Source: Tubiluchus corallicola (Eukaryota; Animalia; Priapulida). Taken from it: a stretch of 64,000 nucleotides of DNA. The stretch is from positions 434,001 through 498,000 of the forward strand of contig JAQGDQ010000034.1 in the NCBI GenBank assembly GCA_030141605.1, given 5' to 3'. Each line of letters begins with the position of its first letter. Position 1 is the first letter of the stretch. The notes under the pieces were generated by a model. The model was not told the origin of the DNA. It ran no database searches and saw only the letters and a list, made by a program, of their open reading frames with translations. Position numbers and translations under genes: made by a program. Of this stretch, positions 40,201 to 52,600 are shown in pieces.

Positions 40201-42115
40201 CTGTCTCAACGCTCATCAGAATAGATTTCTGCTTTATTTATCAAACATCTTGCTCTCCGTTTTTTTATTTGATTTTTGGAAAAATTGGCAACATTGAATC
40301 TTGATAATTGTGTACTATTTCATGGCTTTTGTAAAAACTGATTTACTGCACAATGGCCTTACCAATTTCACATTGTTTCACTCTGTCTGAGGTGCGCTGT
40401 TTTATGTAACCAATATTGTTGTTTCAGTTTCAAAAGTTTCACGTTTGTACATTATGTGCCGAGCTGACAGAATGCTTTCATTCTCTCATGCACATACGAT
40501 TTCGTCTTCTCAGGCACTGTGATGTAAAGGTTAGTGTGAAACCATTTTTTTTGTAGTATTGTACGATTTCTGCGTTTAAAAATTTTTGCTTCGTTCACGT
40601 AACAAAAAGGAGGCGTGTCACTTTACAAATTTGCAATAAATTAATTGCTTATTTTTTGTAATTTGAATCATTTCAAAGTTGCAGTGAATTATGAATAGTG
40701 GAATAAAAAGCTAAAATATCAAATTTTGCTGTAGATCAAAAGTCTAAAAGAATCCAATGTGTCAGACGATGCAAGGGAAATATTGGAAAGTTGTTTACAG
40801 AACAGAACATGGGTAAACCAGGTAAGTTTTGCTCCTCGTAATGCGCGTTTCCAAATTGAACACACATTGCCAGCCAGTCCTGTGTTGTTCTGAACTGTTA
40901 GTTCACGGTGACGTAAACAGAATGTTAACATAGTAAATTCCTTGAAATAGAATATTGCTGTAGGCAGGGCCTATTTCAAGGGGGGGGAAGTGGGGATACT
41001 TCCCTGGGGCCTCACCCTCCAGGGGGGCCTCGCGCCAAGGTAACATTTTTTTGCTTTATGCGAACATACTGCCTCCTCTCTCCCTCTCTTGCCGCACGCG
41101 TGCCGTTTGCCAGTATTGACAAGTATTAAGGATTGGTCTTGAGAATAAAGCAGTTTTTCTTTCAATTGTTCTTTCCTTTAACAACTGTATAACTCCATAT
41201 TTTCTCTTCGAAAATGCTTCTCCGGCGTTCTTGTAGTTCAAATATTTTCTGGGCGCCAACCATGGTGGCGCCCGCCCCCCGGCGCATTGCCCCACCACCG
41301 ATGGGGCCTCGCACGCCCCACTTTCCCGGGCCTCGCCTAGGCTGAAATAGGCCCTGGCTGTAGGTCAATAGTCTGACATCGCACAGTTGTAGATTGAATA
41401 AACTTTGTTAGTGCTTTTACTTTCGGTGATGAATGACACATTAGCTCTATTGTACTTAGACCTAGGAGCCTAAAACATTATGTCACAACTTTTTAAATCA
41501 CAAATGGGATGAGTGGACAAATGACTCTTTAGTTGATGTACAGGATGCCTTACTAGTGTAACATTTCTTTACAACATACTTAACTTCAAATTGGGTGTTA
41601 GTAGGGAAGTTAATCAAACCCTTTATATGTTAATATGTATCTTTTGTTTTACGAAAATCGTTACGATAGTACAAATTTTTTATGTAGCTTATTGTTTAAC
41701 GTAATAAAGAACTTTTGTAAATTTAAAAATTAAACTGAAATTAAACATTTGAACTTGAATTTAATTCATAAGTGCATTTAGTTTTGCATACTTTTATTTA
41801 ATGTAAGAAACCACAATTTAGAAGTAGGTTGGATTTATTCGAACACAAAATGCACAGCCTAAACTGCTGCATTGACAGCCGAAAATGATTAATATCTTGC
41901 AGCATAAATTTGTACAGTGCAAAAAAATCTACTACACCCACTGTAGGCTGTTCAAATCAGTTCATAGTTTTATACTTTGATGGATTGTTGTGTATTATTG
42001 AATTAACCTAGTGTATCTAAAGGTACAGTAGAAGTTATATTCGTATTTGTTTTTGTTTTAGGTGTTTCTGGAGCTGGTCTCGCTGCTTGACAAGTGTGAG
42101 AAAAAATATTCTTGA
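25300..42115 (+). CDS. QSER1/PRR12-like DUF4211-domain protein, about 1280 aa, 18 coding exons
   Basis: Exons 25300-25423, 27165-27401, 29307-29542, 29642-29745, 30253-31946, 32600-32770, 34166-34308, 34538-34629, 35171-35297, 35881-36018, 36881-37002, 37383-37522, 38004-38104, 38241-38306, 39105-39209, 40428-40529, 40735-40821, 42062-42115. Phase-consistent; total 3843 nt. Long Q/S/P-rich disordered N-terminus, basic NLS-like runs, an AFQDTFLSFV motif, and a C-terminal MRDVFNIYTQVLLSQVLDPEF...NDDYFLDAMKVID...FSGETYNRDTL...FHSLMH...CLQNRTWVNQVF region resembling the QSER1/PRR12 C-terminus. Confidence 0.85.
26144..26659. mobile_element. hAT-type MITE
   Basis: Terminal inverted repeats CAGGAATGAGAAT / ATTCTCATCCCTG (12 of 13 match); GTAATAA duplicated on both flanks; GC-rich internal palindromic block. 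Confidence 0.75.
33432..34036. repeat. About 605-bp interspersed repeat, copy 1 (direct repeat of 39487-40090)
   Basis: Colinear with copy 2 from TTAATGATTGTTT to CAACAAGCCAAA; roughly 90 percent identical by eye. Confidence 0.92.
35471..35751. mobile_element. Probable hAT-type MITE with ATCGAT subterminal repeats
   Basis: Begins CAGTGGTGCAC and ends GTGTTACCACT; clustered ATCGAT/AATCG motifs at both ends. No clean target duplication. Confidence 0.45.
37075..37350. repeat. Compound (TGAT)n/(TGAC)n/(TGGT)n microsatellite
   Basis: Seen directly within an intron. Confidence 0.92.
38421..38846. repeat. Interspersed repeat, copy 1 (related to 54888-55238)
   Basis: Shares GCCTATATAA...GACATTGAAGTTTTT...GTCTTTGGCGC...TTGTGAAAGxTTATATTATAGT with the copy in the GTF2H1 intron. 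Confidence 0.85.
39487..40090. repeat. About 605-bp interspersed repeat, copy 2
   Basis: Direct repeat of 33432-34036. Confidence 0.92.
40965..41356. mobile_element. hAT-type MITE, young insertion
   Basis: Perfect 14-bp terminal inverted repeats CAGGGCCTATTTCA / TGAAATAGGCCCTG and a perfect 8-bp target duplication GCTGTAGG (40957-40964, 41357-41364). Confidence 0.93.
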
Positions 42116-43040
42116 TCATCATCACTACTAAGTGATTGGTGTGAACACGAATTTACTTTGTGTAAATACAATTTTTGCATGTCGATGTTGTCGGAAAACT
42201 ATCAGTTAAACGTCTGAGATGCTGTTTAGCTGCTGTCTAAGTCATAATACAATAAAGTAAACGTTTATGTTAACCCGATTTTTCACACAAAAACAGTTAA
42301 GCTCTTTATCGGCCATGATATTGTTAAAACCTTTAAACATTTGAAACACATTTACTCCCTGCAGAAAGGAGTTTCAGTTGCTGCTAAGGATTTTTTGGGC
42401 TCATTTTGGCAACACAAACTGTACAGGAAGCCAGTTACTATTTTGAACTTGTATATTATATAAATTTTCAAGGTTTCCAAAGACTTACTTGGTTTCAAAA
42501 GTTTTTGACTCATTCAATGTTCCAGTTAGTAATCAGTAGATGTTATTATAGTTGTAACAGTGTAAAAAGTGTGTAGATACCTAGATGTTATTGTTAGTCA
42601 GAAATGTATATGCATTATGAAACTTTTACTCGTGGGGATATTTTCGTATTATATATTTTTTCTTTTGGGTTCATTTACAGAATTGCTGTTTGCACAGTGC
42701 CAACAAGACAATACCTTTAACACTACATTTCACATTACATTTATAATTTAAAGCTAGTCTAATTTTTAAAAGCAGACACTTATCCAATTTGAAAATTATA
42801 GCGATAAATAACCATTCGATTTCTTTTTTCATCATATTTGTCAGTAACTTTCAAACTTCGTCGTAATTGGTAATAAAACATGCGATTAGCATTAGTTTCG
42901 CGAATCAGCTGCTTACTTCTGTTTATTTTTTTATATATTCTCACAAGATAGTCACTTTTTGCAACTACTCCAGTGAACTCTGGCATCCAACCCTCTCTTT
43001 CAAGCATACACGAAATAAACTTCCCCATCACCAAACTGAC

Positions 43041-43095
43041 AGCCCAGTGTCACCATCTGATGTACCACTAGCCCAGTGTCACCATCTGATGTACC
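43041..43095. repeat. 29-bp-period tandem duplication
   Basis: AGCCCAGTGTCACCATCTGATGTACC occurs twice. Confidence 0.85.
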
Positions 43096-44418
43096 TAGTG
43101 GTATTTTAAAGCATAAGAACATCCTTGACTTACATAAAGCCAAAAAAAGTATGTCACCTACACCTTATTGCACACAGAGCTTGTAATAGCAGCAACTCTG
43201 TATCAAACTTTAATATTTAAATTCATGCGATGATGACCTTTAGGTGCAGCCATTTTGACGGTAAGTTGTTCGAAACAACTTTAGATAACATTGTATAAAG
43301 TTTGAGAAAATAGTCAGAGCATCCATAGCACATTCTTCGATAACTAAGCAAACTGTAAATTATTTGACCTCGTCAATAACATTAATACAGTGTGATGTGT
43401 TCTTTGTGAATCAGTGGTGCACACTGGGAGGGTGACCAAGTGGCACGAACATATCAAATTTTAAATTTTTTTCCTTGTTATATAGGCCCTTCATTTTCTT
43501 GTTACATAGGTCTTTCAATCACATAAGCATAATGCTAAGTAATATAGGTTTGTGTGGAAAGCTCTTTGGGATATGCTTTAAAATTGTGTTGTCTTCCCCT
43601 TTAAGGTTTTCAGTATTCATTTTTTATACTCCTCATTCAATAAAAAATTGGTTCACACAAGTACGTTTTATTTGATAGCCTAGTAGTAGTTAGAATGAGG
43701 CGGGATGATGATCAGTGGTCACCTAGCAACCACAAATTGCTAAGCTGTACATCCTGTATCAGTAATTCAAGTAGCACAATCTGGTGTCTTGCGTTACTAA
43801 AGCAACTAAATAGCTCTGATGCAAAGTACTAAATAAATCATAAGTTTAACAATTTTTTATTTACACTGTGTTATAATGTACATTACATAATATTTAGATG
43901 TGCACCCATAAATATTACTATATACAAAAAACAGTTCCAAAAAAGATAGTGTTTGCAAGTATAGAGGAATAAAACAGTTTTGTTACTGCAGCCCCATTTT
44001 TGCATAAGTAAAACTGTTATCAGTGAGTATGCTTCCTATTAACCTAATATGAAGAAAGACTAACTGGGCGTTCTGACTGGAGAGTGAATGTAAACTGGTA
44101 AGTGTGAATGGCAAGTTCTCTCAGCAAGTTATTGCTAACTGTCTGAGAATCGCGAGTTTCTTGCACAAAGGCTCCATTCATTGCGAGAACTCTCGAGAGA
44201 AAACTCTCTAGTCTGAATGCGCCATAATAGATCTTAATCTGGTAGACTTTGACCAGTAAAATGTAAAGAGCGTTATAATTCCAGTAACAGTTGACCACTG
44301 AAGGAACAGCGTCTGTAAAGCTACAGTTGAACCACTTATAGTTTCTTTTGTGTGTGTGTATGGCTGAAGAGATGTGTGTCACAATCAGTGAAGGGATATA
44401 ATTTGTTACACTGACAGA

Positions 44419-44801
44419 CAGGGGTGTATCGCGACTTTATGACGCCCTAGACTGATAATTGTGTCCCGTCCATCCCTATTGTGAATTTATGGTTATTTAT
44501 ATAATGAGCAGATTAAACAATTACTTGTGGTGTATTAGAAATGCTATTACCTGTTCATTATTAATTACATATATTTGCATAGTGCTTGCTTGTGTAATAA
44601 CTTGCACCTGTTCGTTATGTGGCACTTATACAAAAGTTGCACTTAGTAACTGCCTGTGGTGTGTTACAAAATGTGTCCTTTACATGAATATTAAAGTATG
44701 CACATTTTCCAAAAATAAGAATTTTTTCTAAAATGTGACATCCCTCAAACTTTGGCACCCCAGGTTATAGCCTTGTTAGCCTATTTGGTAATACTCCCCT
44801 G
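44419..44801. mobile_element. Older hAT-type MITE
   Basis: Imperfect terminal inverted repeats CAGGGGTGTAT / ATACTCCCCTG; flanks CTGACAGA and CCAACAGT match at 5 of 8 positions. Confidence 0.5.
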
Positions 44802-45272
44802 CCAACAGTAATTTTAGAATTTTAGATCATTTCAGAAAGTAATTTTAAACAGGCCTCAGTCAGTAAACACTTGTTTATGAAAAGTTCATTCACCGATGTT
44901 ATTAACGTCTTAAAGAACGACAGCTATGATCCAAAGTAAAAAGCATTGTGATAACATTTCAATAAGAATAACAGCCAGCATCCACTTAAGACATGTTCAT
45001 GCAACAATCATCTAAATAAAAATACCAAACTAGTCCTTGTAGGTGCTCATTGTCAGTGTTTTTCATCATTCTTTGTACAAAAAATTCCTGTATTGCAACC
45101 AACAGGCATTGGTCACAAGATGATGTGTCGGAGCACCTTAACTGCATTTTTCTGTCTTTTGGCTTTGCATCACATGATATGTAAGTTTAATATTTAGTAT
45201 ATGTTTGTTAGCTTGGCACAGTGTTGATTTTTGTATATATTGTTTTATACTGTATTATTATTTAAACGACTG

Positions 45273-45311
45273 TTGCGTGAACATGACATTAACCATGTCG
45301 AAACATAGCAG
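45273..45311 (+). ncRNA. Minimal type I hammerhead-like motif with a G3-C8 variant core
   Basis: TTGC-GTGAACA-T-GACAT-taacc-ATGTC-GAAA-CATA-GCAG: stem I TTGC/GCAG, perfect 5-bp stem II, GAAA box; AATAAA at 45324-45329. Confidence 0.4.
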
Positions 45312-45915
45312 AACTTGTGTCTGAATAAAAGCCTTTTCTTAAGTGGGTGCTAACTTTGTTTTAAGAATTTGTTTTCCGCACCACGAATCCATTTCAATAA
45401 GATTGAAAACCACTCCATCTTTGCAAGTAGAATGCATTTTAGATACAGGCTTGACAACAAACCGACATGATTCTGTTATCAGTGAATTACTGACTAAAAC
45501 TTTACACTTCACCAGACTCTTACATTCACAACCATACAAAACTATCAATATCACAGTCAATGTCAGCTTAGTGTCGTCATTTGTTAAATACGAAATTCTG
45601 TTCCCAATTTGCTCTTTTTGCCATTTCTAAGCCTTTGTGAAAGACAATGTAAGTAACTCATGTATTAAGTAACTAATTTACATGTATGTAAATGGAGTAT
45701 AAACTTGTTCCTTTTAATTGCTAACCTTCTAAATGCCGAATTTCAATACAATCGCTCACATACAGCATAAAAAGCAGTTTCATTAAAGTGCTTCTATTCA
45801 GTAAGAATTGGCCTACTAACAAAAGCAAACAGCAGTGTATCAAAACATTGCAAAAGACCCTGCATTACTGGTAAATGCCAAAAAATTCCTTCAAAAATTC
45901 TCATTTCCTTGTTAA

Positions 45916-46487
45916 CCCTTTCACTACGTAGTTGCTTTGAAACTGGGCCACATTGAATTTCGTACATTTGACAATAACTTCTTGTGGTGGGTTATTAAAC
46001 AGAATCTCGTAAATAAACAAACAGTTGTTCATTACTGAGTACTAATATTAAGTACTTGTTAGTTTTATTTCTACACATGCACGAAATCACGCACACATGC
46101 ACACCCAGCATGTGCTTATATTGAGAAACCAGTTTTCACAAAAAGTGCACTACCAATCCATAATATGCAATCGTTTTATAAGAATACAGAACAGTCAACT
46201 AAACATACGTTTCATCAACGATCTACAAGTGATTTTGCATGGTAACATAACATACAGTACAGTATTGAGGAATGCACCTGGATTCAGATGCTGATTGGCT
46301 GATTAGCATTACTTGTTGCAAAGCAACCCCACTCCCATAGCTGTTAAACTTTTCTACAATATTTTGCATGACCATAGCAGTGAAACAAACAGACATGGGT
46401 GACTGTGCTTAGTGCTGAGCTTGGGTAGCAGTCTACCGCCTTCCATACCTCGAATGAGAAACTGTGCCGCCTTCTGTAGTGAAAGGG
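45916..46487. mobile_element. piggyBac-type MITE downstream of the GTF2H1 stop codon
   Basis: TTAA|CCCTTTCACTAC ... GTAGTGAAAGGG|TTAA: perfect 12-bp terminal inverted repeats and TTAA duplication. Confidence 0.9.
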
Positions 46488-46657
46488 TTAACTTGAAATA
46501 TACTGGTGGGTTATTCGCCCAAATTTTCACAAACCGTCAAAGAAAAGGAGTCATAACGTCGTTGTTGACACTTCTAAGTGTATGACAACACGAGGTCTTT
46601 ATAAACTACATTAAATGCATTCAATTTTACTGATTGACTAACGGTTTGAGCCAGACG

Positions 46658-49600
46658 TCACCTTTTGGGTGCTGTGCCTAATTTACGAGACTGCCAGTTG
46701 CCGAACTTCTTATAAGCGGCTTGTAGCATGACTTCCAAGTGATTTGTAAGCTATAAACCAGACAAGCAGAAAAGTGCAGTTAGAAATACAATAATATGAT
46801 ATATTTTACTACATATACTGTATTGTAAAAACAAAAGCATGTCATCTAAAGACAAATTGCTAAAACTACTTCTACAGAACTTGAAAATTACATTACATTA
46901 CTGTTTATGTAGTTTGTGTACAAGTTAAATTACTAGTGATGTAGTTTCAGTGTAGTTAAAGGACAATAACATTTTCAATGAAAAACAAGATTAGGAAATG
47001 AAGACTCTGTTCTCATAAAACAACAATAAATTTTTATTTCTTAATTTTGTTGCTGAATGAATTCAATTATTGTAAATGTAACTAGAAATTAATCACATCA
47101 TATTTGATCACCTATACTGAACTTAGTGCATTTCCAAAATTAGTGCTTTCGTTGTTATGCAGATGTGTTAGTAGCTGTAGAATTTTCTTTGCGATTGAAG
47201 TTGTTATTAAAAATCCATTAACACAAGCTCCTTACAGTAATAAGTAGGAAAGTTATTTCACCCGCAGCCGTTTATCTCACTGCTTACTTCATACTACTAC
47301 CATTTTACTATGTTTCTATAATTTTGCAATTTTTTTCTGAATTACTTGTGTTACGTTTTACATAATCTTGTTGCGTGTTGCACGTGTTATATACAAAATC
47401 AAAATGCTATGTAAGAGTACTCACATCTAAATTGTAAGTTTGACCCGCAAGACTTTCCTGAAATGGCCGCAGTTTAATCATCTGAAATCTTTCTAAATTT
47501 GATTTCATCTGGACAACCTGTATAACAAAAAAATCAATCATCAGATGTCACCACAGGGTCATTAAGCTTAGCGGGTCTTGCGCTATAATTCTACTTAATT
47601 TTAAATGCTAGATTACAAAATTGTTATCTGAAAATGTTACACTTGCGCAAGAACTGATCAAAATCTAAAATACTTATGTTTGTAGAACATACAGAAAAGG
47701 TTTTGCAAGATATCAATTTAATTTCGTATCTGTCTTTATGCACAGGAAGTCATGATACAGCATCTAGCACCAGTATCCAGAGATGGTCAAAAGCAGATAA
47801 TTGGAGTAGGACTAAAACAGAAGTTACAGCTCAATTTTTCTGCAACTTCTGTCAACTGGAAGTTTGCTATTATGTGTCAGTTCGGACTGGAAATTATTAC
47901 CTTGTCTTCCAACGCTTTCGAATTAACAGGAAAACAAGCGTAAAAATGGCGCAGTAACTCGCACAATGAGCTGTACATCAACTTCAAATCCTTCTGGGTG
48001 GATTCAGAAACGAGCTCTGCAAAATTAAAAATTTTTAAATTGATGGTAGTTGATAGATTATGCTGCACAACTAATTTCAAAGATTACAACAAAGAAAATA
48101 AGCAATAATGAAAACTTAATTACTATTACTAGAAACAATAATAAGCCATTTCACAGTTTCGCTATGCGCACATGCAGTTGCTGTAGGTCAAAGGCTAAGT
48201 GTACCACAGCACTGCATCTTAACTACATCTGTCACGTGACACGTGGATAAGGCAAAGCCAACTTGCTTCAGTTCAGTAATTTCAGTTGTTTTATGTGGAC
48301 TTTATTTAATCATGCATTAGTCTGTGGGTAGACTGATTTGCTAGCAGGATCTTGCTTGGGAAAAAATGAACTAGGTAAGGTTCTAAGCTAGCTGTTAAAG
48401 CTGTTACTTTTACAATAGCATAGGCTGCGAGGCGTTGTCAAGTGTACACAAAGGCTTTCTCTGATACACTTAACCGTCGACTTTTTCACGATCATCATCA
48501 ATCGCTGGAACTGCGAAAAGGCTTAAATATCGCAGATGTTCTAGAAATAACGTCATAATAAAATAAACATACGATGTAGCGCAGCTTCACTCGTTCCGCC
48601 CTGCATTAGACTGCCACCTGGTGTCAATTCTCCAGTAACGACAGCTGCTGTTTGTGCAGATAACACCTGGCAAAAAATGCATTTCATAATAACTATGCAA
48701 AGCTCTGCTGCATGTTATGTAAAATTCAAATTCGTTCAAACCACTATACAGAAATAGTGCAAATCATTCTTGATAGCACCTGTAAATCCAGGTGGTGCTA
48801 GGATTGAAACTTAACTCAAATAATCCTATAAAATGAGATACTGAGGTTGTATACATCCTCCCTCAACAGTGTAAATGGTATCGTTTGATAAACGCGCCAC
48901 TAAAGCTACTTAACTATTCGTTAATAAGTAACATTCCTCTTGTCAATAAGTAAAACTTGCAATGCCTCAGCACAAGTACTAACATATGCAGTACTAGGAA
49001 GCCAAGGGCTAAATACAAATGTATAATCTATAATTACAGTTTTTCCTCACTTATCGCGGGTGTTCTGTTCCAGGCTCACCAGCGATAAGTGAATTTCCGC
49101 AAAGTAGGGACGCTATACTTATTTTAGTAGTTATACATTATTTTAAGTCTTTATAAACCCTCCCCACACTCTTATACATAACCCTTAACCCTTTTTTATA
49201 CAAATTTATCAAATACACAATACGTACTAGGCATGTGTAAAAATACTTTAGACGGAGTACCGCAAAAACCCGCAAAACAGCAAAAATACCACGATAAATA
49301 TTTTACATTAATATTTTTGAAAACCCGTGAAACAGCGAGTCCACGATAAACGAACCGCAAAGTAGCGAGGGAACACTTGTATTGATAAGCTGCCATTTTT
49401 TTACCTTGACAGCAAATAAAAAAACACTAACGAAAATTTAATTTCCTTGCTAATTGCACTAGTGAAAAATGTTTAACCAATTTATTTTATTTTATACGTA
49501 TTAAAGGAAAGGTCAAGCGTTCTGGGCACCTGAGCTTATTTAATCATTTGTGAAAAATGCTAGAAAGATTATTTAGTAATAATAGAGTGACAAACATCTC

Positions 49601-52600
49601 TTGTAATTAGTAAAGTCACTACAAAGTCGCGATCATTTCCTGCTTCGGGGTCCGCATTTCAAAGACCTATTTTTGCACCAATGACGTCATTCACTGACTA
49701 TAAAGAAACAGTGCATCCCAAGTCTCAGTCAAAAGTAAAATAACTTTTTACAAAAAGATGGAAAGCCAATTTGAAGATGAAGAAAGATAGAAGAGCATTA
49801 AGTAAGTAGCAGAAGTTTGAAACAGTTTAAGCGGCGTGGTTACAGAAAGCCAAGACGCGCTTACGAAAAGCCGCGAAGTAAACCAGTTACGTCATAATTT
49901 TCTAGTCTTATACGGCGGTAGTATAAATTACTTTTGTGCTTTGCAAACAGTTTTTTTGCAAAATTCCTAGTTATATCTTCCAAGTTTTAAATGATAAAGG
50001 TAATAAAGGCTGAAAAAACAAATATAAAAACAACTTTATTGCACCTGAGGAAGATTGGGCTGCCAGTTTGAAATAAGATGTTCAAGTAGCTGAGAACTCT
50101 GCAGAATTTCTTCACCTGACTTGTATTCAGACGTCTGTACCTGAGTAGGACCGTGGTAATATCTAGATCAGAAAAATGAGTTTACTACACTACTAGGTTA
50201 CCACCTTGGAATACGTAGTAATTTATCGTAATAGTGAAAAAGATTTATTTTTAAATGCACAACGTATGAATATTTCCTAATGATTCACAATACAGGCTGT
50301 CTCAGAAGTCACCATACACTTCATACATTCCACATTTTTTAAACATAACAAAGGAAAATGTTTGAAAATTGGGGTTCAAATTAGACAAAAAACAAAAAAA
50401 CTACTGCACTAGTAAAGTTTGCTATTTTTGCTACCTTCTTTGGTGACTTCAAGAGCCTACAACACGCTGTTAGTGTTCAACAAAGCTTTTGGCAATGACA
50501 GTATTACATGACGGTACGCTATAAGTATGCTATGTTGCAATACCATCCTAGTTTGCTGACAATGTTTAATGCAACTCTAAGTAAAGTTCCCAGGTCTATC
50601 ACTAAGACTATTATTATCATCCTTTTTCAATACATACCTGTCTGATTTCACAAGGCTCAGTTTAGCTCCAAATGTCGTTGGCCCATCCTCCAAATCTTCG
50701 TATTCCAGTTTCTCCAGCAATTTGCTCTGAAATAAATACGTATGTCTTGAACACTAGAAGCACAGCCCTGTTGGTGTCAAGCCAAACGAACTATTGCAAT
50801 TGCAAAGTGTGCAAAATATACAATACCATACAGTCAGAAAACTTTTTTAACATGCTTCTTACCCTCTTGCTTGGAGGTTGACTCACTTCTGATACCAGAC
50901 TGCTAGTAGACATATTCGAACTTTCGTCAACTCCGAGTTCAGCAATGCCAGACATACCACCACTATTCACAGCTGTAGGTCGTTTGTTCGCTGTTTCCGT
51001 AGCTTTTAACACCATCGTGGAATGATAGTTAAATCTACGTATCATGTTCTGGTTAATCATATTAGAGGAAGACTTTCCTGTGTTAACTGGCTGGCTTTCC
51101 TGTGCATCAGAAAATTCGTCGAATTAGTTACACTTAAGAGTAAATTAATTTTTAACACGTAAGTGTACGTGTTTGCGACAAGAGATACAGTACTGACATG
51201 ATAAAACTGAGTAGTTTATTGTCCCATATATAAAAGTCGCTTTCCCACTCCATAGTTAAATAGATGATGTTGCCAATTGAAGTATAAATGCTTAGATTTA
51301 GATATATAGTTGATATTTCTGTCACTTTCTGACTTTCCTATTTATTAACGGGCCTGGTCTATCCACCCCTTCATAACTTTATAATGATGCAGTACGTGGC
51401 TTCAGTGAATGCAGTCAGATACACGAGACCGGTTTTTGGAGGACACATTGTTACTTTGGATATGATGGCGACAGGTTGTTCTGAAAAGACATTGACGTTA
51501 GATATGGCAGAATTAGTAAAGTTAAAGTAGTTGGACACATTGGCGATCAGTTCAATTTAATGGTGGTCCAGACATTCTAAATGCACATTCCACTGTTGCG
51601 GCACGGTTTGGAAGGCAGACGATTGTTAATAACTGCTGGTCGGAAGTTCAAAGGTGAGCTGACGTCAGTGCAAAAGCATGGGCCGATTTATAGACTAATT
51701 ACGTAACATGGCGTTAAAAGCGATAATTGAAAAACACAAAGAGAAAGAACTTTTTGATGGTACGTACTACTGAGTTACGATCTAGCGTAATGTGGCGGAA
51801 CCAGTCTGTGGGCTGTCATTAGATTCCTGAAGCAGGTTACTCATAATCGAGCACTATCTGGTGATACTAAGGCTTAGTAGCCATACTAAGACTAAGCCAT
51901 GATAATGGCACCACCCCTGTGTACATAGTTTAGTTATGCCCCACCAACATTTCTTTCTATTCTAATACCCACGATATGATTATAATGATGCTGCAATAAA
52001 ATTACTCATTTAACCTAGTAAATGTAGTGATTTCCAAAGGAAGTGATTATTTTTAAGTTTCCTAATGATAATAAGGTTTATTTTGAATCTCACAATACAA
52101 TGATTGCAACAATTTAATTACCACTTTTGTCGTGTTGATTTTTACAATAATACTGTCTACGTTTGTTGTATAAATAATCACTTTATTGTTTGATATATTT
52201 TGTCAACATATGTAGCAATATAAACCAAACTCCTTTAGTGGCAGAAACACTTTATTATTGACTGTGTTTTCTGTACACTACGTTGTGACTACTAGATTAA
52301 AACTGTAAAAACTCAAAATCAGTTGAAACTGGTTAACCTTGGGTAATGCATACCAGAATCCAGTCAGGTGAGAAAATGATTCACTGTAGTCTAACTTGCT
52401 GTAAAGTTGTAATGTTGCTAAAGTTTACAAAGTTCATAAACAAACACGTGAATCAGTTCACAACAATAATTACCTCGAATACTCAAATTTCATTGAACTT
52501 TCAAAGCTACGCACAGCTCAGTGAATCTACTAAGATTGGCAATGGTGCCTTTTTGTCACATTCATGTGGCCGACAAATAGAAGGTGGTACCGTGATAAGC

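Noticed and set aside
43700-43760. Box C/D snoRNA candidate (ATGATGA with GGATG/CATCC stem)
   Set aside because: Box D reads CTGT, the span is short, and the site is not intronic.
51100-51140. Upstream acceptor giving an in-frame TAA before the GTF2H1 exon (readthrough or variant genetic code)
   Set aside because: A downstream CAG acceptor with a branch-point-like AACTAAT gives a clean in-frame exon; no other evidence of stop-codon reassignment in four genes.
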